Assembly: GCA_903886255.1 (NCBI GenBank)
Contig: CAISLM010000033.1
Span: 1-54,793, forward strand
Origin: Candidatus Collierbacteria bacterium
Lineage (GTDB): Bacteria > Patescibacteriota > Microgenomatia > UBA1400 > MFAQ01
Reading direction: 5' to 3'
DNA: 54,793 bases
Below, one piece after another: positions 38,595 to 48,924 of the stretch. The notes beneath the pieces were generated by a model. That model was not told where the DNA came from and did no database searches. It worked only from the letters and a program-made list of their open reading frames with translations. A program made the translations under genes and the position numbers. Position 1 is the stretch's first letter. Each line of letters begins with the position of its first letter.

Positions 38595-39290
38595 ATGAAG
38601 TACATTATTGGAAATTGGAAAAGTAACCAAAATCTTACCGAGTCTCTTGTTTGGATTGATAGTATTCAAGCAATAAAACCAAGATTTAATAAAGATATTT
38701 CCGTAATTTTATGTTTGCCCTTTACGGATATTGCCGGTTTCAACCATAAATTGGCAGACCTTGAGATGCCCATCACTACAGGTGCACAGAACGTATCTCA
38801 TCTAGCACCCGGAAAGCATACCGGAGAAATTAACGCTGCCATGCTCGCCGAACTTGTGAGCTTTTGCATTGTTGGCCATTCCGATCGCCGCCGGGAATTT
38901 GCCGAGACGAGTGAAATGGTCGCCAAAAAGGCTCGCCTCCTCCTTGAAAATTCCATTACCCCCATTGTCTGTCTCGATCTTCCTTATCTGGATGAGCAGA
39001 TCAAAGAATTATTCCAAAAAAATATTGACGTTTCCCGCTGCATTTTTGTTTACGAACCAATCGCCGCTGTGGGAACCGGCCGCCCAATTGACCCCGTCGA
39101 TGCCAATCACACTGCCAATCAAATTAGTTTCTTGATCGACAACGCCGCGCCAATTCTTTATGGCGGTTCCGTCACCTCCGACAATGTAAAATCATTTGTC
39201 AGTCAAAACCGTATTGATGGGGTTTTAGTTGGGACAGATAGTCTTGAGCCTACACTATTCGCCGAAATCATCAATAGTCTGGGAAATTAA
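38595..39290 (+). CDS. tpiA: Triosephosphate isomerase (divergent)
   Basis: GNWKS, GAQN, TGEI, GHSDRR, YEPI, LYGGSV. Confidence 0.9.
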   Translation: MKYIIGNWKSNQNLTESLVWIDSIQAIKPRFNKDISVILCLPFTDIAGFNHKLADLEMPITTGAQNVSHLAPGKHTGEINAAMLAELVSFCIVGHSDRRREFAETSEMVAKKARLLLENSITPIVCLDLPYLDEQIKELFQKNIDVSRCIFVYEPIAAVGTGRPIDPVDANHTANQISFLIDNAAPILYGGSVTSDNVKSFVSQNRIDGVLVGTDSLEPTLFAEIINSLGN

Positions 39291-40361
39291 ATGAAATTAA
39301 ACCATATCAGACCTGCAAGGGTCTTCATCCGTATTGCCTCTTTTATCAGGCTTCACTTGACGATTTTAATCGTGGCAATCATTGTTGGTTTTCTCGGATA
39401 CCTTGGCTACCAAGGTTTAAGTCTCCTCAACCATATGCATGTAAAGCCGCAAGACCTTCTCAGCTTCCTGGGAACCCCATCTCAAAATCTCGATAGCACT
39501 AACGGCGTCACTAATATTCTTATTCTCGGTATAAGAGGGGAAGGTGATGACTCGCCAAATCTGGCCGATACTATGATTGTCTTATCCTATGATCACAATA
39601 CAAAAATTCCTACCTTAATAAGTATTCCCCGTGATCTTTGGGTGCCTTCACTCCAGGCAAAAATAAATTCAGCCTATTATTATGGTGAAGAAGCCAGCCC
39701 AGGCGCCGGAATAAAAATGGCCCAAGCTGCCGTTCTTGAAGATATTGGTCTTCCCATCAACTACACCGCGGTCGTCAACTTCACCATTTTTAAAGAAACC
39801 ATCGATTTGCTTGGCGGCATCGACATAAATGTAAACCCCGGATTTACCGACAATCTTTTTCCCATACCCGGTATGGAAAATGCCCAACCTGAATCGGCTC
39901 GCTACGAAACAATCTCTTTCGCTACCGGTTCTGCCCATATGAACGGAGATACCGCTCTCAACTTTGTCCGTTCACGGCACGCTGTTGGCGAAGAAGGAAC
40001 CGATTTCGCCCGTTCCCGCCGCCAGCAGCAGGTTATCTCTGCCATTAAATCCAAAATGCTCACTCCGGCCTTCCTTCTCGACAAAAACAAACTCGATGCT
40101 TTCTTTTCTATTCTTGATCGAAACTTAAAAACCAATATTCCTCAGAGTTTGTATCCCACCTTAGCTAAGGCTGCCCTGGATTCCAAAAACATACCGGTTC
40201 GTTCCATCACCTTTTCCAATTTACCTGATAGCAATGGAATTACTATTCTTTATAATCCCCCGGCCAATCAATACAAAGGAGTCTACGTCCTTATCCCCAA
40301 AGACAACAACTGGACTGCCCTTAAAAAATACATTGATAATCTTCTCAAGGGTAAACAGTAG
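39291..40361 (+). CDS. LytR-CpsA-Psr (LCP) family protein
   Basis: NILILG, DTMIV, SIPRDLW, KINSAY, FVRSRH, DFARSRRQQ. Confidence 0.95.
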   Translation: MKLNHIRPARVFIRIASFIRLHLTILIVAIIVGFLGYLGYQGLSLLNHMHVKPQDLLSFLGTPSQNLDSTNGVTNILILGIRGEGDDSPNLADTMIVLSYDHNTKIPTLISIPRDLWVPSLQAKINSAYYYGEEASPGAGIKMAQAAVLEDIGLPINYTAVVNFTIFKETIDLLGGIDINVNPGFTDNLFPIPGMENAQPESARYETISFATGSAHMNGDTALNFVRSRHAVGEEGTDFARSRRQQQVISAIKSKMLTPAFLLDKNKLDAFFSILDRNLKTNIPQSLYPTLAKAALDSKNIPVRSITFSNLPDSNGITILYNPPANQYKGVYVLIPKDNNWTALKKYIDNLLKGKQ

Positions 40362-42317
40362 TTAATTTACCTTTATCAAGTATGTGTCTCCCTGTTTCCA
40401 TACGATCTTTCCGAGCTGCCAAAGCTTTTCCTCGTTTACCTTATAAGTGATTGTTTCGTCCTGGCCGACCAATATCCAGCCGATATTATATTTCTTAATT
40501 ATCGTCTCCGATTTTTTTATATCTTCAGCTTGATAAATTTCTCTCACCTCGGCTTCTCTGGCCGCCACTATATCGTAGCTTCCCCTCCACAACCATTCGT
40601 GAACTCTCCAGCCTTCTATCGAAGGCACTCCCGAAAAAACCGAGACTACATTCAATAAGGTATAGCTGTCACCGACTGCCTCCACTAAATTTTTTCCATT
40701 TCTATTTGCCGACAAATATTGCACCGCACCATAGTTTTCCGGCATTTTTGTCTGCATCCATTTCTCGCCGTCGAGTCCCAGATAATATGAAAAATTACTG
40801 TAATAAGTCGAAAATGCCTTGATTGGGAATATCATAGTTCCCATAAAAATCGAAAATAAAATTAGCATAACCGGCATCCTCCATATCAACGCCATCTTCC
40901 TTTCCTTATCTGCCAGTTTACCCATTGTCGCCCCCATCAAAATTCCCATCAAAATAAATGCCTGGTAGGTAAGTTTAAACATAGTATTTGCTCTTGGCCA
41001 ATCCGGATAAATATCACGCGCATAGATGAATTCCGGGATAATAATCAAAAGAACTGAAGTCAAAGCGAGAGTTCTGACGGCCATTTTTTGTTCGCCTTTG
41101 CCTTCAGTAATTACGGCGGCAATATTTACGATCATTCCTCCTCCCCATAAAGCTAATAGCTGCCATAGAGGCGATCTTTCCGTTACGATTCCAATTCCGC
41201 TGGAAATATTTTTAAACGAAAGCCACCAGGGGAGAGCCACGATCGCCATTAATAAAAATATAATTCCTGCCGTCACAAATAATTTTCGTATATCTTCGTG
41301 TTTGCGCACAATTATTTGCAAACCCAACACCAAAAGCACCAAACCATAAACAGCTACATCCCAGGTGTTTGTCATCATCATCACTCCCAAAAGTATTCCC
41401 ATCACCACTTCGTAAATTCGGTTTCTATTTTCTACCCAGGCAAACATTACCACCAAGAAAATTAAAACAATGGGAAGATCCAGTACATGCCCGTGTAAAT
41501 CGGAAACTACAAAACTATAGCTGGGGAACTCGTGAATGGTATTGTGAATGAATCTGGTGGCTTCAGCATACCAATATCCGTTTAGATTACCATTCTTTAG
41601 GAAATACCAGATAACGTGACTGTTCCCCGCGATCATCACCGATAAGGCTCCAATAATTCCTCCAAAAGTTGATGCTCTGGAATATTTATTTCCGCTCAGA
41701 AGTTTGCAAACCAGAAACACAAGACTCATTGATGTTCCAAAAATGTAGGCCAACATCAAGTTGTATCCTACCGCCGGCTCCACACCCCAAATTCTCACCC
41801 AAATACTCGCCCAGAAATGTCCAAATGAATAGTAATTAATTGTTTGTCCCGCCTGCCACATATCTGTGACCGGAAGTTTTGCCGAAACTAAGTATTGCTT
41901 AAGAAATCCAAAGTCCATAAATTTTTCCAAACTATCTAGGCTCGGAGCGTATGCCCGTATCAAAGCCATGATCAAAAACCCCACCAAAAACAAATATTCT
42001 TCAATCGCAATTATTTTGGCCGTCTCCTTGGCAACCATTAATGATTTCCATCCCTTAGTAATGACTATCCACAAACTAAACATCCCAAATATTGCCAATA
42101 GAGCATAAAGTTTGTTGACATTATTATCCGTAAAACCCAAGTAAGCCAGCTCCCAAAAGACCAGGGCGCTGACAATCGTAATTAAAACCCTACCTAAAGC
42201 CCAGCCGGCATCGGGAAGTTTCCCGAAAAATTTTTTTATCAAAGGCCAAACCAAAAGCTGTAAACCAAGACCAATGGCATATGTTTTTAAAATAATTAAA
42301 ATATCAACGCTAAACAT
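40362..42317 (-). CDS. DUF2298 membrane protein (putative GT-C glycosyltransferase)
   Basis: EKFMDFGF, INYYSFGH, IHEFPSYSF..DLHGH, NTWD, RANTMFK, GW.VHE..WRG; many TM. Confidence 0.85.
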   Translation of the reverse strand: MFSVDILIILKTYAIGLGLQLLVWPLIKKFFGKLPDAGWALGRVLITIVSALVFWELAYLGFTDNNVNKLYALLAIFGMFSLWIVITKGWKSLMVAKETAKIIAIEEYLFLVGFLIMALIRAYAPSLDSLEKFMDFGFLKQYLVSAKLPVTDMWQAGQTINYYSFGHFWASIWVRIWGVEPAVGYNLMLAYIFGTSMSLVFLVCKLLSGNKYSRASTFGGIIGALSVMIAGNSHVIWYFLKNGNLNGYWYAEATRFIHNTIHEFPSYSFVVSDLHGHVLDLPIVLIFLVVMFAWVENRNRIYEVVMGILLGVMMMTNTWDVAVYGLVLLVLGLQIIVRKHEDIRKLFVTAGIIFLLMAIVALPWWLSFKNISSGIGIVTERSPLWQLLALWGGGMIVNIAAVITEGKGEQKMAVRTLALTSVLLIIIPEFIYARDIYPDWPRANTMFKLTYQAFILMGILMGATMGKLADKERKMALIWRMPVMLILFSIFMGTMIFPIKAFSTYYSNFSYYLGLDGEKWMQTKMPENYGAVQYLSANRNGKNLVEAVGDSYTLLNVVSVFSGVPSIEGWRVHEWLWRGSYDIVAAREAEVREIYQAEDIKKSETIIKKYNIGWILVGQDETITYKVNEEKLWQLGKIVWKQGDTYLIKVN

Positions 42318-42320
42318 AAC

Positions 42321-43571
42321 TTATTTTAAGTCCCTTAATATCCCTACGGCTACGGCAACACCCATCTTAACTGCATAATTTGTACCCCGATCAAACGGAT
42401 AAACCATACTCATGTTGGCTAGATACAATCCTCTAACGGGAGATTTAATTTTAGAAATTTCTTTGGAATAATTAACCGGAAATACCGGCTGAGCAAAAGG
42501 TTTCCTGAAGACTAAAACATTTTTAATCCAGGCTTTTTTAAAATGCTTATTAATTTTTCTTAAATATGGTAGGTAGGCAGAGACAAGTGCCTCCTTGCTC
42601 ATCTTTAATTGTTTGTGCCCTTCGGGAAGATAATTCCCCAAATAAACAATTCGATTGTTTCCATAATATTTTTTATCAATCAGATTCGTGTGTTCCACCA
42701 GTACCAAAAATGGCCAATTGTTCTCCAAAATATTCATCCAGTAACTGGGAATCACCCTCTCTTTCAACTGGAGAATTACTGTTTGACCCCATAAATAATC
42801 AAGGTCAGGAAATTCAATTTTTTTCCCCAACAACTTTTCCATTACCGGAGCCGGTGTGGTTACCAACACTCCATCGAATTCTTCTTTTCCGATTATCCAT
42901 TTTCCGTTTTCCTGCTTATTTATTTTTTCAACCGGCTTACGTAGAAAAATCTTTCCACCCATACCGGTAATTTTCTCGCCCGTTTTATTTGCCAAATTTT
43001 GGAATCCTCCTTCAAAATAAACTAAGTTTTTTGTTCTTTTAGCTACCCTTGCCCAAAACCAGGCCATATTTACTTTATTTGCAAACGGACCGAATTTTGC
43101 TTTTAAAAGTTTTTCCCAAATCACCACATATCCTTCTTTCCCGATTATTCGGGGAAGGAGTTCGGCAACTCTATATTTTTCCAGAAACAAGCCGTTAGGA
43201 ATAAGCTTTAATAACGCCAATCCCGCACCCATTCTTAACCTGCCGACAATGCTAAGTTCCGAAAACTTTAATACGGAAATAGGGGAATCCAGCTGTAATT
43301 CTTTTTTATTAATAAAACCAGTCGTAATTGGTTTTTTAATTAAAGGTTTCACCCCAACTTTTTTCGCCAAATCAATAACTTCCTTATCATTTGTAAAAGC
43401 GTGATGGTAAAAATATTCCAAACTCCACTTCCAATCTTTTTCAACCACTCCTCCGGCTAATCCTCCCAGAGTGTTTTCTTCTTCATACAAAATCACCTCC
43501 ACGCCACTCTCTACAAGTGAAAGGGCACAAGCAAGACCGGTAAATCCTCCTCCAACTACGGCGATCTTCAT
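42321..43571 (-). CDS. FAD-dependent oxidoreductase (amine oxidase/protoporphyrinogen oxidase-like)
   Basis: VVGGGFTGL, LGGLA, LEYFYHH, AQPV, YPFDRG.N. Confidence 0.85.
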   Translation of the reverse strand: MKIAVVGGGFTGLACALSLVESGVEVILYEEENTLGGLAGGVVEKDWKWSLEYFYHHAFTNDKEVIDLAKKVGVKPLIKKPITTGFINKKELQLDSPISVLKFSELSIVGRLRMGAGLALLKLIPNGLFLEKYRVAELLPRIIGKEGYVVIWEKLLKAKFGPFANKVNMAWFWARVAKRTKNLVYFEGGFQNLANKTGEKITGMGGKIFLRKPVEKINKQENGKWIIGKEEFDGVLVTTPAPVMEKLLGKKIEFPDLDYLWGQTVILQLKERVIPSYWMNILENNWPFLVLVEHTNLIDKKYYGNNRIVYLGNYLPEGHKQLKMSKEALVSAYLPYLRKINKHFKKAWIKNVLVFRKPFAQPVFPVNYSKEISKIKSPVRGLYLANMSMVYPFDRGTNYAVKMGVAVAVGILRDLK

Positions 43572-43573
43572 TT

Positions 43574-45202
43574 TTACAAAGCTAGCAGAATTCCCACTAC
43601 GGCCATGAACAATCCTCCACCAAAGGCAGCTACGCCGGGGATATCAAGGACTCCGGTTTCAGGTAACACTGTGGGAGTAACTGTTGTTGGAGCTGCGGTG
43701 ACCACTGCAGTAGCAGTAGCGATTGCTCTTGTTGCGGTAGGAATGATCGCGACAGCACAAGTACAATCATCTTCACTAGTACAGGCCTGTTTACGACAGG
43801 TACTGGTTGTGGTATCGCAGACTAGACCTGTTGAACATTCGTCGCTTGTAGTACAAGTATTGTTGCAGCCAACGACTGTGCTTACAGTCAGATCTTTTGT
43901 AAGAGCTAACGGATTGCCGTTGTAGGTGACATTAGCGGTGTTGGAAATAATATCTCCATTAGCTATTCCGGCCGATGCTCTCACTCTTAATGAGAATGTC
44001 TTTGATTGATTGGGATCGATCGAAGTATTGCAAGTAAGCATCAAGGCCGAATTATCCCAAGTACAACCATTTACTGTATCTACAAAAGTCAACATGGCAA
44101 GGCTTGCCAACGAATCTTTTACTGATACTCCGGTTGCTTGAGTCGTACTCGAATTTGTCAATGTCATTGTGTAAACATAAGTCTGTCCTTTGGATACTGT
44201 GGCCATTTCTGTTGCCAGGGCATAGTTGCCGGGAGTATTGGTAGATACATCTTTGTAGGCGGTCTTTGTTCCGGTAAGAACAGCAGTGGTAGCCGTCACG
44301 GCGGCAGTCAAAGTATTGGTTCCTTGCAATGTTTGTCCGGCATACACAGCTGAGAAAGTGTTGACGATGGATGTTCCATCCGTAATATCTCCTGCAACTT
44401 TCACTCTGAAGCCTTTTCCATAAGTTCCGGATGCAATGGATACATTTGTGCAAGTAACTGTTCTAGTTGCAGCAGCATAAGTGCATCCTGTATCGGCATC
44501 TAAGAAAGTTAACTTATCAAGGTTTGTTCCGGTTAAAACATCTGTCAAGGTCACACCTGTCATAGTTGTAGTCAATGGATTTGTAACCCACATTTCATAT
44601 ACATAAGTTTCATTAGGAATTACTGTTGCACCATCACCAGTCTTCTTAAGAGCATCGGTATGAGAATATGAACCGGCAGTATTTGTAGATGCATTTGTGA
44701 AAGCCTCTTTGCTAACTGTCCAAGAAGCACAAGCCGCCGTCGCTGCGCAAGCTTTTGTTGTTGCTGCCCCACACGAATCAGTGCAGGTTGTAATTGTTGA
44801 AGCAGCATGTCCACAATCGGTAGGACAATCGGGATTACAAGTTACCACGTCGGTAGGAGTACATATTGGAGAAGCTACCCCTGCCACTGTGCAAGCCGCA
44901 CTACCCACCCAGTTGGAAACACATAGTCCATTTAATGCAGTCTGATCTGCCGGACAGCACCAAAGTACCCCGGTCGCTCCATTGGCCGGAATTGTATTGT
45001 CGCATTGGGCCGCTCCCGAAATTTGGGTTCCGGAACAATTTAATCCTGAGGCACAAGACTCAAAAGCTGCCGGTTTACTCGTTGGGGCATTTGGCGACAC
45101 TGATGGTCTGGATGTTAGCTGAGTCGCTACATATATAGAAGCTCCACCCAAAATCACTACTAGCAGAACGAGGATGATGGTTATAATATTTTTCTTTTTC
45201 AT
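43574..45202 (-). CDS. Cys-rich surface protein with two DUF11-like Ig domains and LPETG-TM tail
   Basis: N-terminal TM, Cys-rich modules, two K.A...Y.Y.....N...TGV...D repeats, C-terminal LPETG plus hydrophobic segment. Confidence 0.85.
   Translation of the reverse strand: MKKKNIITIILVLLVVILGGASIYVATQLTSRPSVSPNAPTSKPAAFESCASGLNCSGTQISGAAQCDNTIPANGATGVLWCCPADQTALNGLCVSNWVGSAACTVAGVASPICTPTDVVTCNPDCPTDCGHAASTITTCTDSCGAATTKACAATAACASWTVSKEAFTNASTNTAGSYSHTDALKKTGDGATVIPNETYVYEMWVTNPLTTTMTGVTLTDVLTGTNLDKLTFLDADTGCTYAAATRTVTCTNVSIASGTYGKGFRVKVAGDITDGTSIVNTFSAVYAGQTLQGTNTLTAAVTATTAVLTGTKTAYKDVSTNTPGNYALATEMATVSKGQTYVYTMTLTNSSTTQATGVSVKDSLASLAMLTFVDTVNGCTWDNSALMLTCNTSIDPNQSKTFSLRVRASAGIANGDIISNTANVTYNGNPLALTKDLTVSTVVGCNNTCTTSDECSTGLVCDTTTSTCRKQACTSEDDCTCAVAIIPTATRAIATATAVVTAAPTTVTPTVLPETGVLDIPGVAAFGGGLFMAVVGILLAL
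44729..44864. repeat. Cys-rich module, copy 1 (copy 2 at 45516..45651)
   Basis: 136-bp ungapped match; about 19 mismatches by hand count. Confidence 0.9.
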
Positions 45203-45203
45203 T

Positions 45204-47183
45204 TTATGGAGTGGTGCTAACTTGAGCATCAAATGTATAGTTTCCGGCAGTGGCGACTGCGTAGTCAGGATAAGTCACCAGTTTCTTATTTGTGGCGTCA
45301 ATCGTTCCACTTAACCATGACCCTACAGAAGTGGTTGCGGTGGTAGCTATTGTGACCCTAAACCTACCTCTAAGATTATCTGCACTTGAAGTCAAAGTAA
45401 ACTTCAACACATCACCTACCTTAAGTGTTTGTAGCTGTGCTGCTGTTAAAGGAGTCGTTCCGTAAGCATTGCCAACTTTTTTATAAATATTTATTAGCAT
45501 ACAAGCTCCCTGTGTACAATCCGCCGTTGCTGCGCAAGCTTTTGTTGTCGCGGCTCCACACGAATCTGTGCAGGTTGTAATTGTTGAAGCAGCATGTCCG
45601 CAGGTAGTAGGACAATCAGGATTACAAGTAACTGTACCGGAAGGAGTACATTTTTCGTATCCAAACGCCAAAGTAAAATCGTTGTAGTCCCAGTCTTGTG
45701 TATCATCCAAGGGGCTTCTTTGTGAATCACCCCAACATTGTACCGGTGCACTTACTCCGGCTACATCAAGCGCACCTTTAGCTGCATTTATCACTCCACT
45801 TGCGTCTACCAGATCACCACATTTTCCTGTTGGCTTGCTATTTGAATCGATGGCCACCCCCGGGGTCTTTACCGGACCACACTTGGTTCCTTGTGGAAGA
45901 ATCCAACCATAAGACGCCTTACCATTTTCTTTTGAATCAGACTCGTGTACAACAATTGTGTATGTTTCACCTGCCGCCACTACAAATGGAGCACTTGCTG
46001 TGGCCTTTGTTGCGTTACCTTGAGTTGTCGTAAATGTCTTCGTCTTAGAACCTGAAGTTAATGTTACAGTTCCTGCCGCACCTCGGCTATAAAGGTCGAC
46101 TGTACCGGCCTTGGTAAATGTAATTGTCTGAGGACTTGCCAAAGGATCTCTTTTTGTTGCATCACAATCTGGGTAGGTAATTGATTTACCGCAAGCGCTT
46201 GAGCCACAACCCGTATCGAAGCAATAAATTCCGCAAGCGTAAGTATATTTTCCACAAGAGCTTCCACAGGCACCATTTACGCTACTTTTATAATCGCATG
46301 AACTCAAATTATTGGGATATGTTCCATATTGAAAAGTTCCACCCTTGTCACAGGTGGTACCACCTCCACCACCACCATTACAATATGCATTACAACCCTG
46401 TCCACTAGGCAGAGTGACACAACCACCGCAGGCGGAACAATAAGTTTGGCTTCCAGTACACCCGCTACTTCCGTGGCAACCCTGAGACGCATTGCAAGTT
46501 TGTCCTGGACTGCAGCAAGAATTTCCGTTACAGCAAAATTCTCCCCCGCTATAGTTACAACTGGCAGTGCAATCAGATGCCAATGGTTTACTCGTTGGCG
46601 CATCTGGCGCTACCGCTTGGCGATTTGATAACTGATTAGAAACATAATAGGCCGCTCCGGCCACACCTACTACTAATAGTAGGGCTACAATTCCACCGAT
46701 CACCGGCAGAATCTTGTTCTTTTTTTTACCGACTGGCATTGGTACCTCAGGGGTTTGTATCGAAGGGGTAGGAATTGTAGTCGAGACTGTTGATGTGTAT
46801 GTCGTTGTTGTTTCCGGCATGGGAGTCGGAACCGGCTCGGTTACTGTCGGAGTGGGCATGGGAATCGGAGAAACTTCCGGAGCCGGAGTGATTAGGGGTG
46901 TCGCGTCTACCGGAGTAAGGGTCGGTTCGGGAGCCGGCCATGGGGCAATCGTATTCTCTTGCATTGGTGCCGTCTGTGGTTCAGGAGCAGAAGGTACAGC
47001 CAACGCCTCCGGCTTTGCCTCCACCGGTTCAGGAGCAGTCCAAGGTGCAACCGGCTCAGCAGGAGTTGGAGCCGCACTCGCCATTGGTGTATCGGTAGGG
47101 GTAATATCCTCTATGGGAAGATTCGTGGTTCCTGCAACTACATTTGTATCAATCGGTTGATTGGTTTTATTTTGGTCGTCCAT
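45204..47183 (-). CDS. Membrane-anchored Cys-rich protein with Pro/Thr-rich N-terminus
   Basis: Long P/T/E-rich N-terminus, KKKNK plus TM, Cys/Gly-rich ectodomain, DWDYND motif. Confidence 0.85.
   Translation of the reverse strand: MDDQNKTNQPIDTNVVAGTTNLPIEDITPTDTPMASAAPTPAEPVAPWTAPEPVEAKPEALAVPSAPEPQTAPMQENTIAPWPAPEPTLTPVDATPLITPAPEVSPIPMPTPTVTEPVPTPMPETTTTYTSTVSTTIPTPSIQTPEVPMPVGKKKNKILPVIGGIVALLLVVGVAGAAYYVSNQLSNRQAVAPDAPTSKPLASDCTASCNYSGGEFCCNGNSCCSPGQTCNASQGCHGSSGCTGSQTYCSACGGCVTLPSGQGCNAYCNGGGGGGTTCDKGGTFQYGTYPNNLSSCDYKSSVNGACGSSCGKYTYACGIYCFDTGCGSSACGKSITYPDCDATKRDPLASPQTITFTKAGTVDLYSRGAAGTVTLTSGSKTKTFTTTQGNATKATASAPFVVAAGETYTIVVHESDSKENGKASYGWILPQGTKCGPVKTPGVAIDSNSKPTGKCGDLVDASGVINAAKGALDVAGVSAPVQCWGDSQRSPLDDTQDWDYNDFTLAFGYEKCTPSGTVTCNPDCPTTCGHAASTITTCTDSCGAATTKACAATADCTQGACMLINIYKKVGNAYGTTPLTAAQLQTLKVGDVLKFTLTSSADNLRGRFRVTIATTATTSVGSWLSGTIDATNKKLVTYPDYAVATAGNYTFDAQVSTTP
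45516..45651. repeat. Cys-rich module, copy 2
   Basis: Encodes CTP...VTCNPDCPTTCGHAASTITTCTDSCGAATTKACAATADC. Confidence 0.9.
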
Positions 47184-47248
47184 GAGTATGCGTCAAAGTC
47201 CAATTAAATTTAGACTTAATTACACTATAAAGAAATAATTGTTATTCG

Positions 47249-48610
47249 TCAATCCTTCCACCATTTTTTTGATACCCTACCGAAAATAAATAATATTAAA
47301 CCGGCTGCCCCCATTATTAATGTTGCGTCCATTGCACCTGTACTCGTTATGGTTCCGGAAGTTGTTGCCGGCATGGTTGAAGTCATTGTTGGAGTCAAGG
47401 ATGGAGTACCTGTGGGTGTAATTGTTATGGTAGCGGACGGAGTGGCCGTAAATGCCGGTATGCCGCCGGTATTGTCGGCAGCCAAAACTGTAAACGATCT
47501 GACTACTTGTTGGAACACATTATTTGCATCCGTATATTCAAGTGTTATGGTATGAATTCCCGGTTCCAACCCCTGTGGGGGAGTCCATTTCCATTGGCCA
47601 CTAGGATCGGCCTTAATCACTTGGGTTAACTCCGTTGCCGAATGAACAGTAATTCTGATTGATGTTCCTGGTGCCAACTTTCCTGAAAACTCCGGTGAAC
47701 TGGTCGCAATCATTTCTCCGTTTATTGCTGGATTGGTGATTATTTGCGATCCAGGCGCAGAGTTGTCTGTAGTTACAGGTGCTGCTTGTTCTGTAATACT
47801 CTTGAAACCGCCGCTTTTTATTGTTCCACTATCAATTGCCCCTGATTGCGTTGCTGTTGAAGTATCAATGAAGCTTTGGTTCTTACCCAAAACGATATCC
47901 GGTACCGGCTTATCTTTACCTGTATTTGTAATTGCCGTCGCCGTCCCGGAAATTCCTGCCTGAACAAAAATAGAGATCAAAGTCGTTGCCGGATCATATG
48001 TAAGGACAGCCCCGGTATCAGTTCTCGATAAAGCCAAATTCAATCTCCATGTCCCATCCGCCTTGGTCATTGCCGATAATGTTTGGCTGCCTTCGGCCTC
48101 GACATAAACAATTGCATTATTAATAGGGCTCCCATCGGCACCAATTACTTTTCCGGTTATTACGTCTTCCGGAGGAGCAATCACTTGTTGCAATATTCTT
48201 ACTTCAAAAGGTTTTCCGGTGTCATCATATAGCTGTGATCCGGAGCCAATCATAAAATAGTTTGTTTTGTCTGGATTGAGACCCGTCACACTAACATAAT
48301 GATTTGTATAAGATTGCGAACTTCCGGATATTTGATCGCGTATATCGCCCCCCGGAGTATTTATCTTTGTTGGATCCTCAGAATATTTTATATAACCGGT
48401 AACCGGCGTATCTGTCGTCCAGCTTACTGTAAAAGTATTTGATCCCAAGTTAGAGATTTTTACATTTTTAGGTGCCTCTGTTGGTCCCGCCTTCGTCAAC
48501 AATCCTTGACGGCCATTCACCAACACCACTCCGGCAAAAAGACCGCCCAATAAAATTAGGATTCCTACGATGGTCGGTATTCTTTTACCCATTAATCCGG
48601 ATTTTGCCAT
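47249..48610 (-). CDS. Surface protein with FN3-like and Ig-like domains and C-terminal anchor
   Basis: PKNVKISN....FTVSWTT...HYV...GL.P; ADPSGQWKWTPP..L.PG.H; ITSTG-TM-KK tail. Confidence 0.82.
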   Translation of the reverse strand: MAKSGLMGKRIPTIVGILILLGGLFAGVVLVNGRQGLLTKAGPTEAPKNVKISNLGSNTFTVSWTTDTPVTGYIKYSEDPTKINTPGGDIRDQISGSSQSYTNHYVSVTGLNPDKTNYFMIGSGSQLYDDTGKPFEVRILQQVIAPPEDVITGKVIGADGSPINNAIVYVEAEGSQTLSAMTKADGTWRLNLALSRTDTGAVLTYDPATTLISIFVQAGISGTATAITNTGKDKPVPDIVLGKNQSFIDTSTATQSGAIDSGTIKSGGFKSITEQAAPVTTDNSAPGSQIITNPAINGEMIATSSPEFSGKLAPGTSIRITVHSATELTQVIKADPSGQWKWTPPQGLEPGIHTITLEYTDANNVFQQVVRSFTVLAADNTGGIPAFTATPSATITITPTGTPSLTPTMTSTMPATTSGTITSTGAMDATLIMGAAGLILFIFGRVSKKWWKD

Positions 48611-48612
48611 TT

Positions 48613-48924
48613 TTATTGTGTTGTTGCCGAATTGGTAGATATCGGTGCGGTAGGAGTAATTGCCGCTTCCGGAGTGGCTACTACTGCTGTGCCGAGTGAA
48701 AGGCTCATTTCTGCATTCGAATAGACAACCCTCTTTTTTAGACTATCTATTGTTGCTTGATCAATCACTCCATCCAGCGGTTTTATCGCCGCCGTTTGCT
48801 CGGCTGTATTTTGAGTTTTGATTGCCGAAGAATATATTTGATAAGCTACAATTCCTCCAACCATCGACAAACCCATTACTCCTACTAATAATATATATGA
48901 TGATATTGTTCTGTTCGCTTTCAT
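48613..48924 (-). CDS. Small single-TM protein in the pil operon
   Basis: N-terminal TM; 4-bp overlap with pilO. Confidence 0.7.
   Translation of the reverse strand: MKANRTISSYILLVGVMGLSMVGGIVAYQIYSSAIKTQNTAEQTAAIKPLDGVIDQATIDSLKKRVVYSNAEMSLSLGTAVVATPEAAITPTAPISTNSATTQ

Noticed and set aside
44729-45651. Diversity-generating retroelement template/variable repeat pair
   Set aside because: Mismatches are not confined to adenines, both copies are in-frame coding, and no reverse transcriptase is in the window.
46714-47160. 148-aa Gly/Val-rich + strand ORF
   Set aside because: Antisense shadow of the Pro/Thr-rich coding region.
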